A stretch of 64,000 nucleotides of DNA from the human T2T-CHM13v2.0 reference genome, Homo sapiens. Each line of letters begins with the position of its first letter. The first letter of the stretch is position 1. A model generated the notes under the pieces. The model was not told the DNA's origin, searched no databases, and saw nothing but the letters and a program-made list of their open reading frames with translations. The position numbers and the translations under genes are program-made. The stretch lies in the NCBI RefSeq assembly GCF_009914755.1, contig NC_060935.1. One strand, written 5' to 3'. Of this stretch, positions 17,434 through 30,180 are shown piece by piece.

Positions 17434-18069
17434 CTGTATTGATTATTTTTCTATGAACAAGTAAACCCCATTCTATACCATTTTAGGTTCTGGACAACTT
17501 AGGCAATATTTCATTAACAGAAACTCAAACTAGGAAAAAATAAAGTAATGCTGAAGATGACAAGGAAGAGGCAAATTTTAGGCACATGTTTCTTCCATAC
17601 TTTAGATAAATTATCCATTTTAGGAGTCTAAGTAGAGTAAATAAATGACTTCTTGAAATGTAGAATTCATAATTAAGTGGGAATTATAAAATTAAGCACG
17701 GTTATAAGTCACGGTAAAACAGGTCAGATATTTAAACATCTACTATTACTGCATCTATGCCTGCTTCAAAAAGTAGCTTGTAACCTGTATTGCTTGCTAG
17801 AGAAATATACATCTGCAAATTTCAGGTCTTCAGAAAGAGGATTTTACTGGCAGTATCCTGCTTATTATACTTCAGTCTCAAATAAGAACGTAAAACCAAT
17901 GTGTTTTCTTTCCAGACAATTTTGTCACTTGCATGATGGCTGTCATTTACTAAAATTATAAATGCAAAGATACTTATTATATTTCCTAATTCAATTAATT
18001 AAAGAAAATGTATGCAGAAATAGTAAGATTAAATCAACAATGTGTTTTTAAAACTTAAGAATAGGGCCT

Positions 18070-18914
18070 GTATTTTTTTTACTTTTTAATAATAGCCATT
18101 CTGATTGGTGTGGGATGGTATTTCATTGTGGTTTTGACTTGCATTTCTCTAATGATCAGTAATGTTGAGCTTTTTTTTTCATGCTTGTTGGTTGCATGTA
18201 TGCCTTCTTTTAAAAAGTGTCTATTCATGTCCTTTGCCCACTTTTGAATGGGGTTGTTAGTTTTCTTGTGAGTTTAAAAGAAATGCTTATTCACTGTTGG
18301 TGGGAGTGTAAATTAGTTCAACCATTGTGGAAGTGTGGCAGCTCCTCAAAGACATCAAGACAGAAATACCATTTGACCAAGCAATCCCATTACTAGGTAT
18401 ATACCCAAAGGAATATAGATTCTTCTGTTATAAAGACACATGCATGCAAATGTTCACTGTAGCACTATTCACAATGGTAAAGACATGGAATCAACCTAAA
18501 TGCCCATCGATGATAGACTGCATAAAGAAAATATGGTACATATATGACATGGAATACTATCCAGCCATAAAAAAGAATGAGATCATGTCCTTTGCAGGCA
18601 CCTGAATGGAACTGGAGACCATTATCCTTAGCAAACTAACACAGGAACAGGAAAACAAATAACACATGGTCTTATTTATAAGTAGGAGCTAAATGATGAG
18701 AATACATGGACACACATGCAGAAAAACACACACTGGGGCTTTTCTGAGGGTAGAGGGTGGAAGGGTGGGAGAAGGGAGAAGATCAGGGAAAATAACCAAT
18801 GGGTACTAGGTTTAATACCTGGGTAAAAAATAATCTGTACAGCAAACCTCCATGATACATGTTTACCTATGTAATAAACCTGCACATGTACTCCTGAACT
18901 TAAAAGTTAAAAAA
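18070..18914 (+). mobile_element. Older L1PA (L1PA12-16-like) 3' end with 5' inversion
   Basis: ~18070-18277 is antisense L1 and 18278-18914 is sense, ending in the A-tail. TSD AAGAATAGGGCCT (18057-69) / AAGAATAAGACCT (18915-27). Confidence 0.9.
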
Positions 18915-20755
18915 AAGAATAAGACCTACAATACCAAAAGAGGATATTATTAAGTCAGAACATTGGGCTGGCATTGATATTTTTTAGAAGAGGCCATTCG
19001 AAAAATGTACTTCATGGAGAAAATTGCCTATACCAAAGATTACATAACTTCCTCAGAAATCTAGAAGGTACTATCAATTCATTTTTAATAATTAAGAAAA
19101 CACATGATTGAACACCTCTTTTTAGCTAGACAGTATAGTGGGCACTGAGGATGTTGCCATGTCCAAATCGAAGCTCCTACCTACAGAGAGCTTACTCTGC
19201 ATTGGCAAGGATGGGGGAGGGGAGGCAAACAAAAAACATATAGTCTAATAACAGAATAACAGAGTGATGCATGTAATGTGAAAAATAACTCAGAATAGGA
19301 GGGTGGACAGTGAAAACAGCTCATTTCTTTTCAGCACTGAATAATATTCCATTGTTTGGATAGCACAGTTCATTTATCCATTCACCTATGTACACAAGGA
19401 TATCTTGGTTGCTTCCAAGTTTTGGCAATTATGAACATAGCTGCTATAAACATCCAACTGCAGTGTTTTTTTTTTTTTAATGAACATAAGCTTTCAACTC
19501 TTTAGAGTAAATACCACTGAGCAGGACTGCTAGATCATATGATAAGAGTATGCTTAGTCTTATAAGAAAAACGATCTTCCAATGTGGCTGTATCATGTTG
19601 CATTCCTACCAGCTATAATGAAAGTTCCTGTTGCTCCACATTCTTGTCAGCATTTGGTGTTATCACTGCTCTGGATTTTGGCCATTCTAATAGGTATGTA
19701 GCGGTATCTCACTTCTGTTTTAATCTGAATTTCCTTGATGACATGATTTCATATGCTTATTTTCCATCTGTATATCTTCTTTGGTGAGGTGTCTGTTAAG
19801 GTTTTGGCCCAACTTTTAATTTGTTTTCTTATTTTTGAGTGTTAAGAGTTCTTTGCATATTTTAATAACAGTGCTTTAACAGATAGATATTTTACAAATA
19901 TCTTCTCCCAGTGTGTGATTTGTCTTTGCATTCTCTTTATGGTGTCTTTTACAAAGTAGAAAATTTTTAATTTTAATAAAGTATAGCTTATTAATTCTTT
20001 CTAAGATCATGCCTTTGGTATTACATCTAAAAAGTCATTGCCACATCTGAGGTCATCTAGATTTTCTCCTATATTATCTTCTAGGAATTTTAGAATTTTG
20101 CATTTTACATTTAGGTCTGTGATCCATTTTGAGTTAATTTTTGTGAAAGGTGTGAAGTCTCTGTGTAGATTCATTTTTTTTTCTGCATGTGGATGCCTAC
20201 TTGTTCTAGCACCATGTATAGAAAAGACTCTCTTCTCTCCATTAGGTTGTCTTTGATCTGTTATAAATCACTTGACTATAATTATATGGGTCTATTTCTG
20301 TGCTCTCTATTCCGTTCCACTGATCTATTGGTATATTGTTTTAACAATACCACACCATCTTGATTACTATAGTTTTATAGGTAGTCTTTAAGTTGGGTAG
20401 TGTCAGTCCTCCAACTTTGTTTTCACATCCTTTAATATTGTATTATCTCTTCACGGTCATTTATCTCTCCATATAAACTTTAGAATCAGTTTGCTGATGT
20501 CCAAAAATAACTTGTTGGGATTTTGATTGGGATTACCACTTGAATCTATGAATCAAGTTGGAAAGAACTAATATATTGACAATATTGAATCTTCCTATAC
20601 ATGACCATAGAATATCTCTCCATTTATTAAGTTCTTTGATTTCTTTCATCAGAGTTTTGTTGTTTTCCTCATATAGACCCCGTACATATTTCATTAGATG
20701 TATACTTAAGTATTTCATTTTGGGAAGTGCTAATTTAAATCATAACATTTTTAGG

Positions 20756-23700
20756 TTTTTTTTTTTGTTTTTTCAAATTTTTTATTTCCATAGGTTGTTG
20801 GGGAATAGGTGGTGTTTGGTTAAATGAGTAAGTTCTTTAGTGGTGATTTGTGAGATATTGGTGTTCCCCTCACCCGAGCAGTATACACTGCACCTAATTT
20901 GTAGTCTTTTATCCCACACCCCCTCCCCACCCTCTTCCCTGAGACCCCAAAGTCCACTGTGTCATTCTTATGCTTTACATCATCATAGCTTAGCTCCCAC
21001 TTATGAGTGATTACATACAATGTTTGCTTTTCCATTCCTGAGTAACTTCACTTAGAGTAATAGTCTCCAATCTCATCCAGCTCACCATGAATGCCATTAA
21101 TTCATTCCTTATTATGGATGAGTAGCATTCTATCATATATATATATATGTATGTATATACATATATATATGACTATATATGATGGAATACTACTATATAT
21201 AGTCATATATGTGTATATAAATATACACATATATGATGGAATACTCATCTATAAAAAGGAATGAATTAATATTATTAATAAGTAATAGCATTAATTTATA
21301 TACTATATATAATTGATGGACATTTGGGTTTGTTACATGATTTTGCAATTGCTAATTGTGCTGGTATAAACATGTGTGCGCAAGCATCTTTTTCATATAA
21401 TGACTTCTTTTCCTTTGTGTAGATACCCAGTAGTGGGATTGCTGGATCAAATGGTAGTTCTACTTTTAGTTCTTTAAGAAACCTCCACACTGTTTTCCAC
21501 AGTGGTTGTAGTGGTTTACATTCCCACTAGCAGTGTAGAAGTGTTCCCTGTCCACCGCATCCACACCAACACCTATTATTTTTGATTTTTTTATTATGCC
21601 CATTCTTGTGGTAGTAAGCTGGTATCACACTGTGGTTTTTATTTGCATTTCCCTGATCATTAGTGATGTTGAGCATTTTTTCATTTGTTTGTTGGCCATT
21701 TGTATATCTTCTTTTGAGAACTGTCTATTCATGTCCTTAGCCCACTTTTTGATGGGATTGTTGGTTTTTTTTCTTGCTAATTTGTTTGAGTTTGTTGTAG
21801 ATTCTGGATATTAGTCCTATGTCAGATGTATAGATTGTGAAGGTTTTCTCTCACTCTGTGGGTTGTCTGCTTGCTCTGCTGACTGTTCCTTTTGTCATGC
21901 TCTTTAGTTTAATTAAGTCCCAGCTACTTATCTTTGTTTTTATTGCAATTGCTTTTGGGTTCTTGGACATGAAATCTTGGCTAAGCCAACATCTAGAAGG
22001 GTTTTCCAATGTTATCTTCTAGAATTTTTATAGTTTCAGGTCTTAGATTTAAGCCCTTGATACATTCTGAGTTTATTTTTGTATAAAGTGAGAGATAAGA
22101 ATCCAGTTTTATTCTACCACATGTGGCCTGCCAATTATCTCAGAACAATTTGTTGAATAGGGTGTCCTTTTCCACCTTATGCTTTTGTTTGCTTTGTCGA
22201 AGATCAGTTGACTGTAAGTATTTGGGTTTATTTCTGGGTTCTCTATTCTGTTCCATTGGTCTATGTGCCTATTTTTATACCAGTACCACGCTGTTTTGGT
22301 GACTATGGCTTTATAGTATAGTTTGAAATCACGTAATGTGATGCCTCCAAATTTGATTGACACTATTCCACAAGACAGAGAAAGAGGAAATCCTCCCTAA
22401 GTCATTCTATGAAGCCAGTATTACCCTAATACCAAAACCAAGAAAGGACATAACAAAAAAAGAAAACTACAGACCAATATCCCTGATGAACATAGATGCA
22501 AAAATCCTTAACAAAATACTAGTTAACTAAATCAGACAACACATCAAAAAGATCACTGATATAGTTTGGCTGTGGCCCCACCCAAATCTCAACTTCTAGA
22601 ATTCCCATGCATTGTGGGAGGGACCCAGGGGGAGGTAATTGAATCATAGGGGCCGGTCTTTCCCGTGGCATTTTCATGATAGTGAATAAGTCTCACAAGA
22701 TCTGATGGGTTTATCAGGGGTTTCTGCTTTTGTTTCTTCCTCATTTTCTCTTGCTGCTGCCATGTAAGAAGTGCCTTTCACCACCCTCCATGATTCTGAG
22801 GCCTCCCCAGCCATGTGGAGCTGTAAGTTCAATTAAACCTCTTTTTCTTCCCAGTCTCGAGTATGTCTTTATTAGCAGTGTGCAAACGGACCAATATAAT
22901 AATCCATGAGGATCAAGTAGGTTTCATACCAGGGATGCAGGGATGGTTTAACATATGCAAGTCAATCAATGTGATACACCACATAAACAGAATTAAAAAC
23001 AAAAATCAAATGATCATCTCAATAGACAGAGAAAAAGCATTTGACAAAATCCACCATCCCTTTATGATTAAAACTCTCAGCAAAATCGACATACAAGGGA
23101 CATACCTCAATGTAATAAATGCTATTTATGACAAACCCACAGTCAAAACAATACTGAATGAAGAAAAGTTGAAAGCATTCCCTCTGAGAACTGGAACAAG
23201 ACAAGGATGCCCACCCTCACCACTTCTCTTCAACATAGTACTGGAAGTCCTAGCCACAGCAATCAGACAAGAGAAAGAAATAAAGGGCATTCAAATTGGT
23301 AAAGAGGAAGTTGAACTGTCACTGTTTGCTGATGATATGATTGCTTATGTAGAAAACCATAAAGATTCCTCCAGAAAGTTCCTAGAACTGATAAAATAAT
23401 TCAGCAAAGTTTCCAGACACAAAATTAATGTACACAAATTAGTAGCTCTTCTATACACCAAAAAGCGACCAAGCAGAGAACCAAATCAAGAACTCAACCC
23501 CTTTTAAAATAACTGCAAAATAAATAGAATACTTAGGAATATATCTAACCAAGGAGATGAAAGACCTCTACAAGGAAAACCACAAAACACTGCTAAAAGA
23601 AACTATAGATGACACAAACAAATGGAAACACATCCCATGTTCATGGATGCGTACAATCAATACTGTGAAAATGGCCATATTGCCAAAAGCAATCTACAAA

Positions 23701-23820
23701 TTCAACACAATTCTCATCAAAATACCACCATCATTCTTCACAGAAGTAGAAAAAACAATCCTAAAATTCATATGGAACCAAAAAAGAGCCTGCAGAGCCA
23801 AAGCAAGACTAAGCAAAGAG
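20756..23820 (-). mobile_element. L1PB (L1PB1-like) with twin-priming 5' inversion
   Basis: L1PB-type 3' UTR (TTTCCATAGGTT...AGTAAGTTCTTTAGTGGTGATTTG) antisense to ~22355. Inverted ORF2 segment at 22356-23820 on + (LFADDM). TSD AACATTTTTAG (20744-54) / AATATTTTTAG (23821-31). Confidence 0.92.
22557..22898 (+). mobile_element. THE1 (THE1C-like) MaLR solo LTR inside the L1PB
   Basis: TGATATAGTTTGGCTGTG...ATCAGGGGTTTCTGCTTTTG...AATTAAACCTC...GGACCAATATA; L1 ORF2 continues on both sides. Confidence 0.93.
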
Positions 23821-24013
23821 AATATTTTTAGTTTTAAGTTCCACTTGTTCATTGCTGGTTTATTGTAAAGTGACTAAATTTTGTATATTAAGATTGTATC
23901 CTACAACCTTACTATAACCATTTATTAATTCCAAGAGTGTTTTTGTCCATTCTTTCAGATTTTCTACATAGATAATCATGTCATCTGTGAACAAAGAAAA
24001 TTGTATTTCTTCC

Positions 24014-24373
24014 TGCTATGGACTGAATGTTTGTGCCCCTTCCAAGTTGGATTATGAAGCCTAATCCTCAGTATAATGGCATTTGTAGATGGAGTCTTTG
24101 AGAGGTAATTAGATCATGAGAGTGGAGCCCTCATGAATGGAATTAGTCCCCTTATAAGAAGAGACACAAGGGAGCTTGCTTCTCCTCTCTACTCTAGGCT
24201 ATGTGAGGATACAATGAGAAGATGGCCATCTACAAACCAGAAAGTGGACTCTCACAAGAAACCTAATCAACCTAGCAAGTTCATCTTCGACTTCCCAGCA
24301 TACAGCTGTGAGAAATAACTAACTATTGTTTAAGTCATTCAGTTTATGTTATCTTGTAACCTAAACTTAGACA
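24014..24373 (+). mobile_element. MLT1A0-like MaLR solo LTR
   Basis: TG...CA ends with a perfect 5-bp TSD CTTCC (24009-13 / 24374-78). Confidence 0.9.
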
Positions 24374-24579
24374 CTTCCCAATCAGTACAATTTTGTTTCA
24401 TTTTCTTGTCCAATGGCATTAGCCAGGACTTCCAGTCCCATGTTAAAAAGGAGTAGTGAGAGGGGACATCCTTGCCTTGCTCTTCATTTTAGTAAGCAAG
24501 TGTCTAATCATTGATATCCCATTGCTAACTTGCTATGGTATAGTATTTAATGCTATACTCACCTCCTCACCATCTCCTT

Positions 24580-25954
24580 AATTTATATATTATTATATGT
24601 TATTAATATATTAATATATATTATTATATAGTATATATTATAAATATTAATATATAATATATTATATATTATAAATATTAATATATAATATATTATATAT
24701 TAATATACATATATATTATTATGTATAATATTAAGTATATTATATAGATAATATATTATTATAATATATATTATAATAATATATCATAATAAAACAATAT
24801 AATAAAATAATATAATTTATTAATATAATAAAATAATATAATATATCGATATATTATATTAATATATTATATAATATATCGATATATTATATTAATATAT
24901 TATATAATATATCGATATATTATATTAATATAATATATTAATATAATATATTAATATAATATAATATATCGATATATTATATAATATGTTAATATAATAT
25001 ATTATATAATATATCGATATAATATATAATATATTGATATAATATATTAATATAATATATTGGTATAATATATAATATATTGATATAATATATAATATAT
25101 TAATATAATATATTGATATAATATATAATATATTGATATAATATATTGATATAATATATAATATATTATATAATATATTATATAATATATAATATATTAT
25201 ATAATATATTGATATAATATATAATATATTAATATAATATATTGATATAATATATAATATATTGATATAATATATAATATATTGATATAATATATTGATA
25301 TAATATATAATATATTGATATAATATATAATATAATATATTGATATAATATATAATATATTGATATAATATATTGATATAATATATAATATATTGATATA
25401 ATATATAATATAATATATTGATATAATATATAATATATTAATATAATATATTGATATAATATATAATATAATATAATATATTGATATAATATATAATATA
25501 TTAATATAATATATTGATATAATATATAATATATTAATATAATATATTATGTATTATATTAATATATAATATATTAATAGATATATATAATATATATCGA
25601 TATATATATCGATATATAATATATAATATCTATTAATATTATAATATAATATATAAATATAATAGAAATATATATTATATATTTATATATAATATATGAT
25701 AAAATATAATATATAAGAAATTATATATTATATATAATATAAATAATTATGTACTATATAATCAATTATTATATATTATATAATTATATTATATATATAA
25801 TCAATTATTATATAGTACATTATATAATATATAAGCAATTATTATATATTATATAATTAAATTATATAATATATAAGTTATTATATATTTATATTACATA
25901 GTATCATAATTATTAATTAAATTAATATATTAATATTATCTATTATATATAAAA
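24580..25954. repeat. ~1.37-kb AT-rich complex minisatellite / low-complexity array
   Basis: Almost pure A/T; ATATTGATATA and ATATATAAT subunits; 33-bp period at 24841/24874/24907. Confidence 0.97.
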
Positions 25955-26280
25955 ATTCCTTCTGAGAACTGGAACATATATATGTCCTATGATTTTTCAG
26001 ACCATTTCTTTTCTAGTTGTGGAAAGTCAAGGCTGACTTATAGCACTTTCTTTCAGTTTTTCTTCCAAAGCCATCCTTAAATTGCATTGATTATTTTTTC
26101 AGAAGGTATAGCATTGCCCCTTACATTGCCACTATCATCATCCCAATCAAAGGCTTTCATTACTTGATGGCTAAATTGTTGCAATTGGCATCTATCTGGT
26201 TTCCAATTATCCTTTCAGTCTAATTTTTGTTTACCATGCCACTGGATTAACATTTCCAAAAAGTATATTTTTATTTGTCA

Positions 26281-26365
26281 TTCTTAGTTTAAAATCCTAG
26301 TTTAAAATTCCTAGTTAATCCTACTTAAATTCCTAGTTTAAAATTGTCATTCCTAGTTTAAAAAT
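26281..26365. repeat. Degenerate TCCTAGTTTAAAAT minisatellite (~6 copies)
   Basis: Read directly; embedded in L2-like sequence. Confidence 0.8.
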
Positions 26366-26680
26366 CTTTAGTGTGACCCTATTACAGAATAGCATAAGTT
26401 CAAATTCTTGACCTGGCACCAACGGCCTTCGATCATTTATCCTTTTTGTTATTCAATATTATCTTTTAATATTTCCCCAACAAACCTTGGCAGCCATCAA
26501 ACTATCTGCAAAGATCATTTTGTGTATGTTTACTATCTCGAGAATTTGATGGTATTCTTCTCTCCATATGGCACAATATCTTCCCATTCTGTTTCTTTAT
26601 TAATTATTTCTCTCAGTAAAGAGTCATCCCTGCAGGGGGCCCTCCATTCCTCTTGAAATGGTACTTCTGAACTCCTTAGG

Positions 26681-26771
26681 TTTTTCCCACTATCCTGTCA
26701 CAAGGAGCCAACTATTGTGATTTTTTTCCCACTATCCTGTCACAAGGAGCCTACTACTGTGATTTTTTCCC
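26681..26771. repeat. 42-bp-period tandem duplication
   Basis: TTTTTCCCACTATCCTGTCACAAGGAGCC..ACTA.TGTGA occurs twice. Confidence 0.93.
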
Positions 26772-27373
26772 CCTTTGTACATGCCCTACTCCCAAAGTAG
26801 ATCAGAAGTCCTTTGAATGCAATAATTAATATTTGGCTTTGTTCTCCTCCACAGCTCAAATGTAAAACAGAGTCTTTTACGTAGCAGGCCCACAATAAAA
26901 CTGCATTGACTAACCTGACCTCCCATGGCAGGACATTTAAATGACAGGAAGCAGTGTTTCTGAGAAGTAAATGATTTCCTATTTAATCCAACAAAAGCAA
27001 TTGAAGATACAGAGTGACAGCACATGTCACCACTGTTTTGTAGTCTCCCACTGCTTTTCATTAAAAACAGATCTTTGAATCCAAACGAATTAGATTTTAA
27101 AGAACAAATTGAAAGTTTAATTTGATTATCAACAATGGAGACACATTATTCTTTTCTTCAGACACCTATAATGTCCTTTCTAATCCAGGTGTCACTGTGA
27201 ATAAATATTAAGGGGTACATATTTGGAATTTTAATTCGTGAAGTAATTTTCACTAAGAACATCTGTATTTGCTGTGAATACATTTCACCGTGCTCAGAAA
27301 AAAAGAAGTGTATCGTTTATCCAGAATTACAGACATTTAGAACTAGAAAGAATATCATAGAGGTCAACTGGTC

Positions 27374-27683
27374 CAGTGATACTAAACTACCTTTTAGTTA
27401 GTGAAAAATCAGCTTTTTCTTTCTAAATTTTCAACGTACTATAGTCCAACAATTTTGTGGAACATAGTAAAAAATGAATTACTACAAAATGAAATAATAA
27501 AAAAGAAAAACCTACAAGAATACAAGTTCCAGTTTTTAATTTTTAGATTAAATAGACATAAAGTTAATCTTGCAAATTGTGTAAAATGTGTGTACACACT
27601 CTCAATTTCTGTACTTAATTCATTAAGGACCAGTTAGTTTACGGTGCATCACTGGTTTGCAAATTATACCTGGAGTAGCACTG
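27374..27683. mobile_element. hAT-Charlie non-autonomous element (Charlie4z-like) inserted in a MIR
   Basis: Terminal inverted repeats CAGTGATACT / AGTAGCACTG; MIR sequence on both sides. Confidence 0.6.
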
Positions 27684-27937
27684 ATACAGTTTCATTATTT
27701 TATGGATGAGAAACGTGAGACTCATAATCATTTCAAACTTATTTTGAGCTCCAAATATGTACCAAATATTAATCTAGATTTTTCACATACATTATTCATT
27801 TCATTCTTCAAAAAATCCTTTTTGGAGGAATATTATCTAATTTCATAGTTGAAACTGATACCCATGAAATTAGACACATCTGATGATAATATAGTAGCAA
27901 ACCTAGGGATATCCAAGTGTTTTTATACTGGTCTTAT

Positions 27938-28607
27938 TGATACAAGAGGTAGAAAGCAATTATTTAGGCAGATAGTGAGGGTAAAAGAGTCCTTAGCAGA
28001 GTTTCCCTTTTAACAAAAAGCAGCCCCAAGAAATTATTTTTTTCTAACAAAGAGCAGCCTGAAAAATCAAACTGTAAACATAGACAAGCAAGCTGGAAGC
28101 TTGCACAGGGGAATGCTGGCAGCTGTGCCAACAGAAAAGGGCTACCTTGGGGCCAGACATATCTAACATGAAGGCTCCATTTTTCCTCTTTTTTTTTGTT
28201 ATAGTAAAGGAATAAGCAACATGGTGCAGGTCAGGCAGAGAACTCATCTGCATAATAAAAGATTAGGGTTGGGGAGGCCAGAAATTTGTGCAAATGGCAC
28301 ACTTAGTCCTAACCAGCTTTTCTTTATGCAACTTATGCAAATGGCACACCTGGTCCAACCAATCTTTTGAACCCTATGCAAATCAGACACTGCCTCCTCA
28401 CCAGGCATCTATAAACCCCCTTGCATTTCACAGCAGAACCAGCAACCCATTTCTCTGGGACCCCTCTCTCCAGCAGAGAGCTATCCTCTTTCTTTCACCT
28501 ATTAAACTTCTGCTCTTAACCTCACTCTTTATGTGTCCATGTCCTTAACTTCCTAGACCATGAGAAAAGGAACCTCGGGTATAACCCCAGACAATGAGGC
28601 CACTTCA
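27938..28607 (+). mobile_element. LTR9-family (LTR9B-like) ERV1 solo LTR
   Basis: TG...CA ends; 4-bp TSD TTAT (27934-37 / 28608-11); start TGATACAAGAGGTAGAAAG..ATTATTTAGGCAGATAGTGAGGG; TATAAA at ~28410 and ATTAAA at 28501. Confidence 0.85.
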
Positions 28608-29959
28608 TTATGTAATACTGAAAATACAACTTATAATACAAACAATTTTTTTTTAAATTTTCTTCAGGTAATCAAAAGTCTTGTGAAAGGAAAATACACA
28701 TGCCTTTAACTTCAGTTTTTGGACTACCAGTTTTGGATTTGTACAACTTGTGTTGATCCTGATGACTCTCTATGTATAAAGGGAATAGGAAACAAAAAGA
28801 TAGATAGAAAGAAATTTTATATCAGAAAAAAAAAATTACTAGGTCCTAGACATGTAAGGACGAGGATTATTGATGGAGGACCCTGGATCTCCTATTCACT
28901 ACACACAGCTGTATTTACATTTTTGTCCCTACTAATGTTAATCCCAAGAATTAAAACCACTGGGGAGTTTGTTTTTCCTCTCCTTTTAAAGAAAGAATGT
29001 TTTCCTAGGAATTTCCATGGTAGTGAAAATATAGTATCCTATCTGAGAAATAATCCACTTCTGTTTCAAAAAAATCAAAACCAACAGCAAACACAAAATT
29101 AAAATAAGAGACCAGCAGCATAGCATTTTAAAAGCTTCGACCATAACAGAAGTTATTTGATAATTGGGAAGTAATGCTTAGGTCTTTATTATTAGCCAGG
29201 AAGCTGCTTTTAAACAATAATGTCATTTTTCTTTTTTTTCTATAACAGAGCCTTTAAAAAAGAAAATAATACATTCTATTTCCTGGTTTGCATATGAAAA
29301 GCAAACAGCGTAGCAGGGCAATTGTCTAGACAATTCAAGGAAAAAGTTCTTGAAATATCTAGTTAATTTCTCACACCACTGCTTTATTAGTCTATGAAGA
29401 CAAAAACTATAGTTGCCTACTGAATGTTAAATAATGAGTACAGGCATCTATTATTAATAAGTATTTGATCAATTTTTAAACATAGTAAACGATGAGTCAA
29501 TAATATCCTGAAGCCATGAGTTTAGCCAATTAAATATGTTTAAAGTGGCATTCTTTTGCCTTTATTCTGAATTCATGAATTCAAAGGAAAAATAAATTAC
29601 TTGTTAGCAAGGCTTACAATTTTAATGCAGACTTTGAAAGATTTTTCAAATGTCCTTTGTTCTGGACATACCTGTATTCCTTTGTGTTATATTCTTCATG
29701 GGATTTTAAATTTCTTTAATACCACTTACTTCTTTTTTCTGTTTTAGTATCTGTTGTAGTCATTGGGTGCTGACTCTAGCTAATTGAGGAAAATAATAAA
29801 AAACTTGCTTCTAACTGGCAAAGGCCCAACTATCTCAGTACTTCTGTAGTTAATTCACAAAGGTATGAAACACAGAAGGAAGAGCACATTTAACAGGAAA
29901 AAGTGATTATTTTTGGTCATACTGAGTTTATATGATATGAAGAAATATATATGATATTG

Positions 29960-30180
29960 GTGAAATATGGAAGTGAGATGTCTAATAAGCAGTGAGATAT
30001 CGATGTAAAAGTCCAGCTGAGGAGGAACAATCAATAACATACAGATGGTAATTGCAAGGATGAGTACAAATGAGATCACCCCTAAGAAAATGTACAGAGT
30101 GGAAAGAGAAAGGTCCTAAACAGAATTCTGAAGAAAAGTGACTTTAAATTTACCAAGCCAGATAAGAGGGAGGAAAGGCT
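29960..30180 (-). mobile_element. L2 fragment
   Basis: ATACAGATGGTAATTG...AATGAGATCACCCCTAAGAAAATGTACAGAGTGGAAAGAG. Confidence 0.6.

Larger units (their letters stand above)
19318..24510 (-). mobile_element. L1MC1-like element split into three pieces (19318-20755, 23821-24013, 24374-24510)
   Basis: AGCTCATTTCTTTTCAGCACTGAATAATATTCCATTG... The antisense ORF2 remnant (20533-20718 ORF) resumes after each nested insert. Confidence 0.82.

Noticed and set aside
24580-26771. Tandem arrays as CRISPR-like repeat-spacer structures
   Set aside because: No unique spacers between repeats, and the DNA is human; these are ordinary slippage-derived repeats
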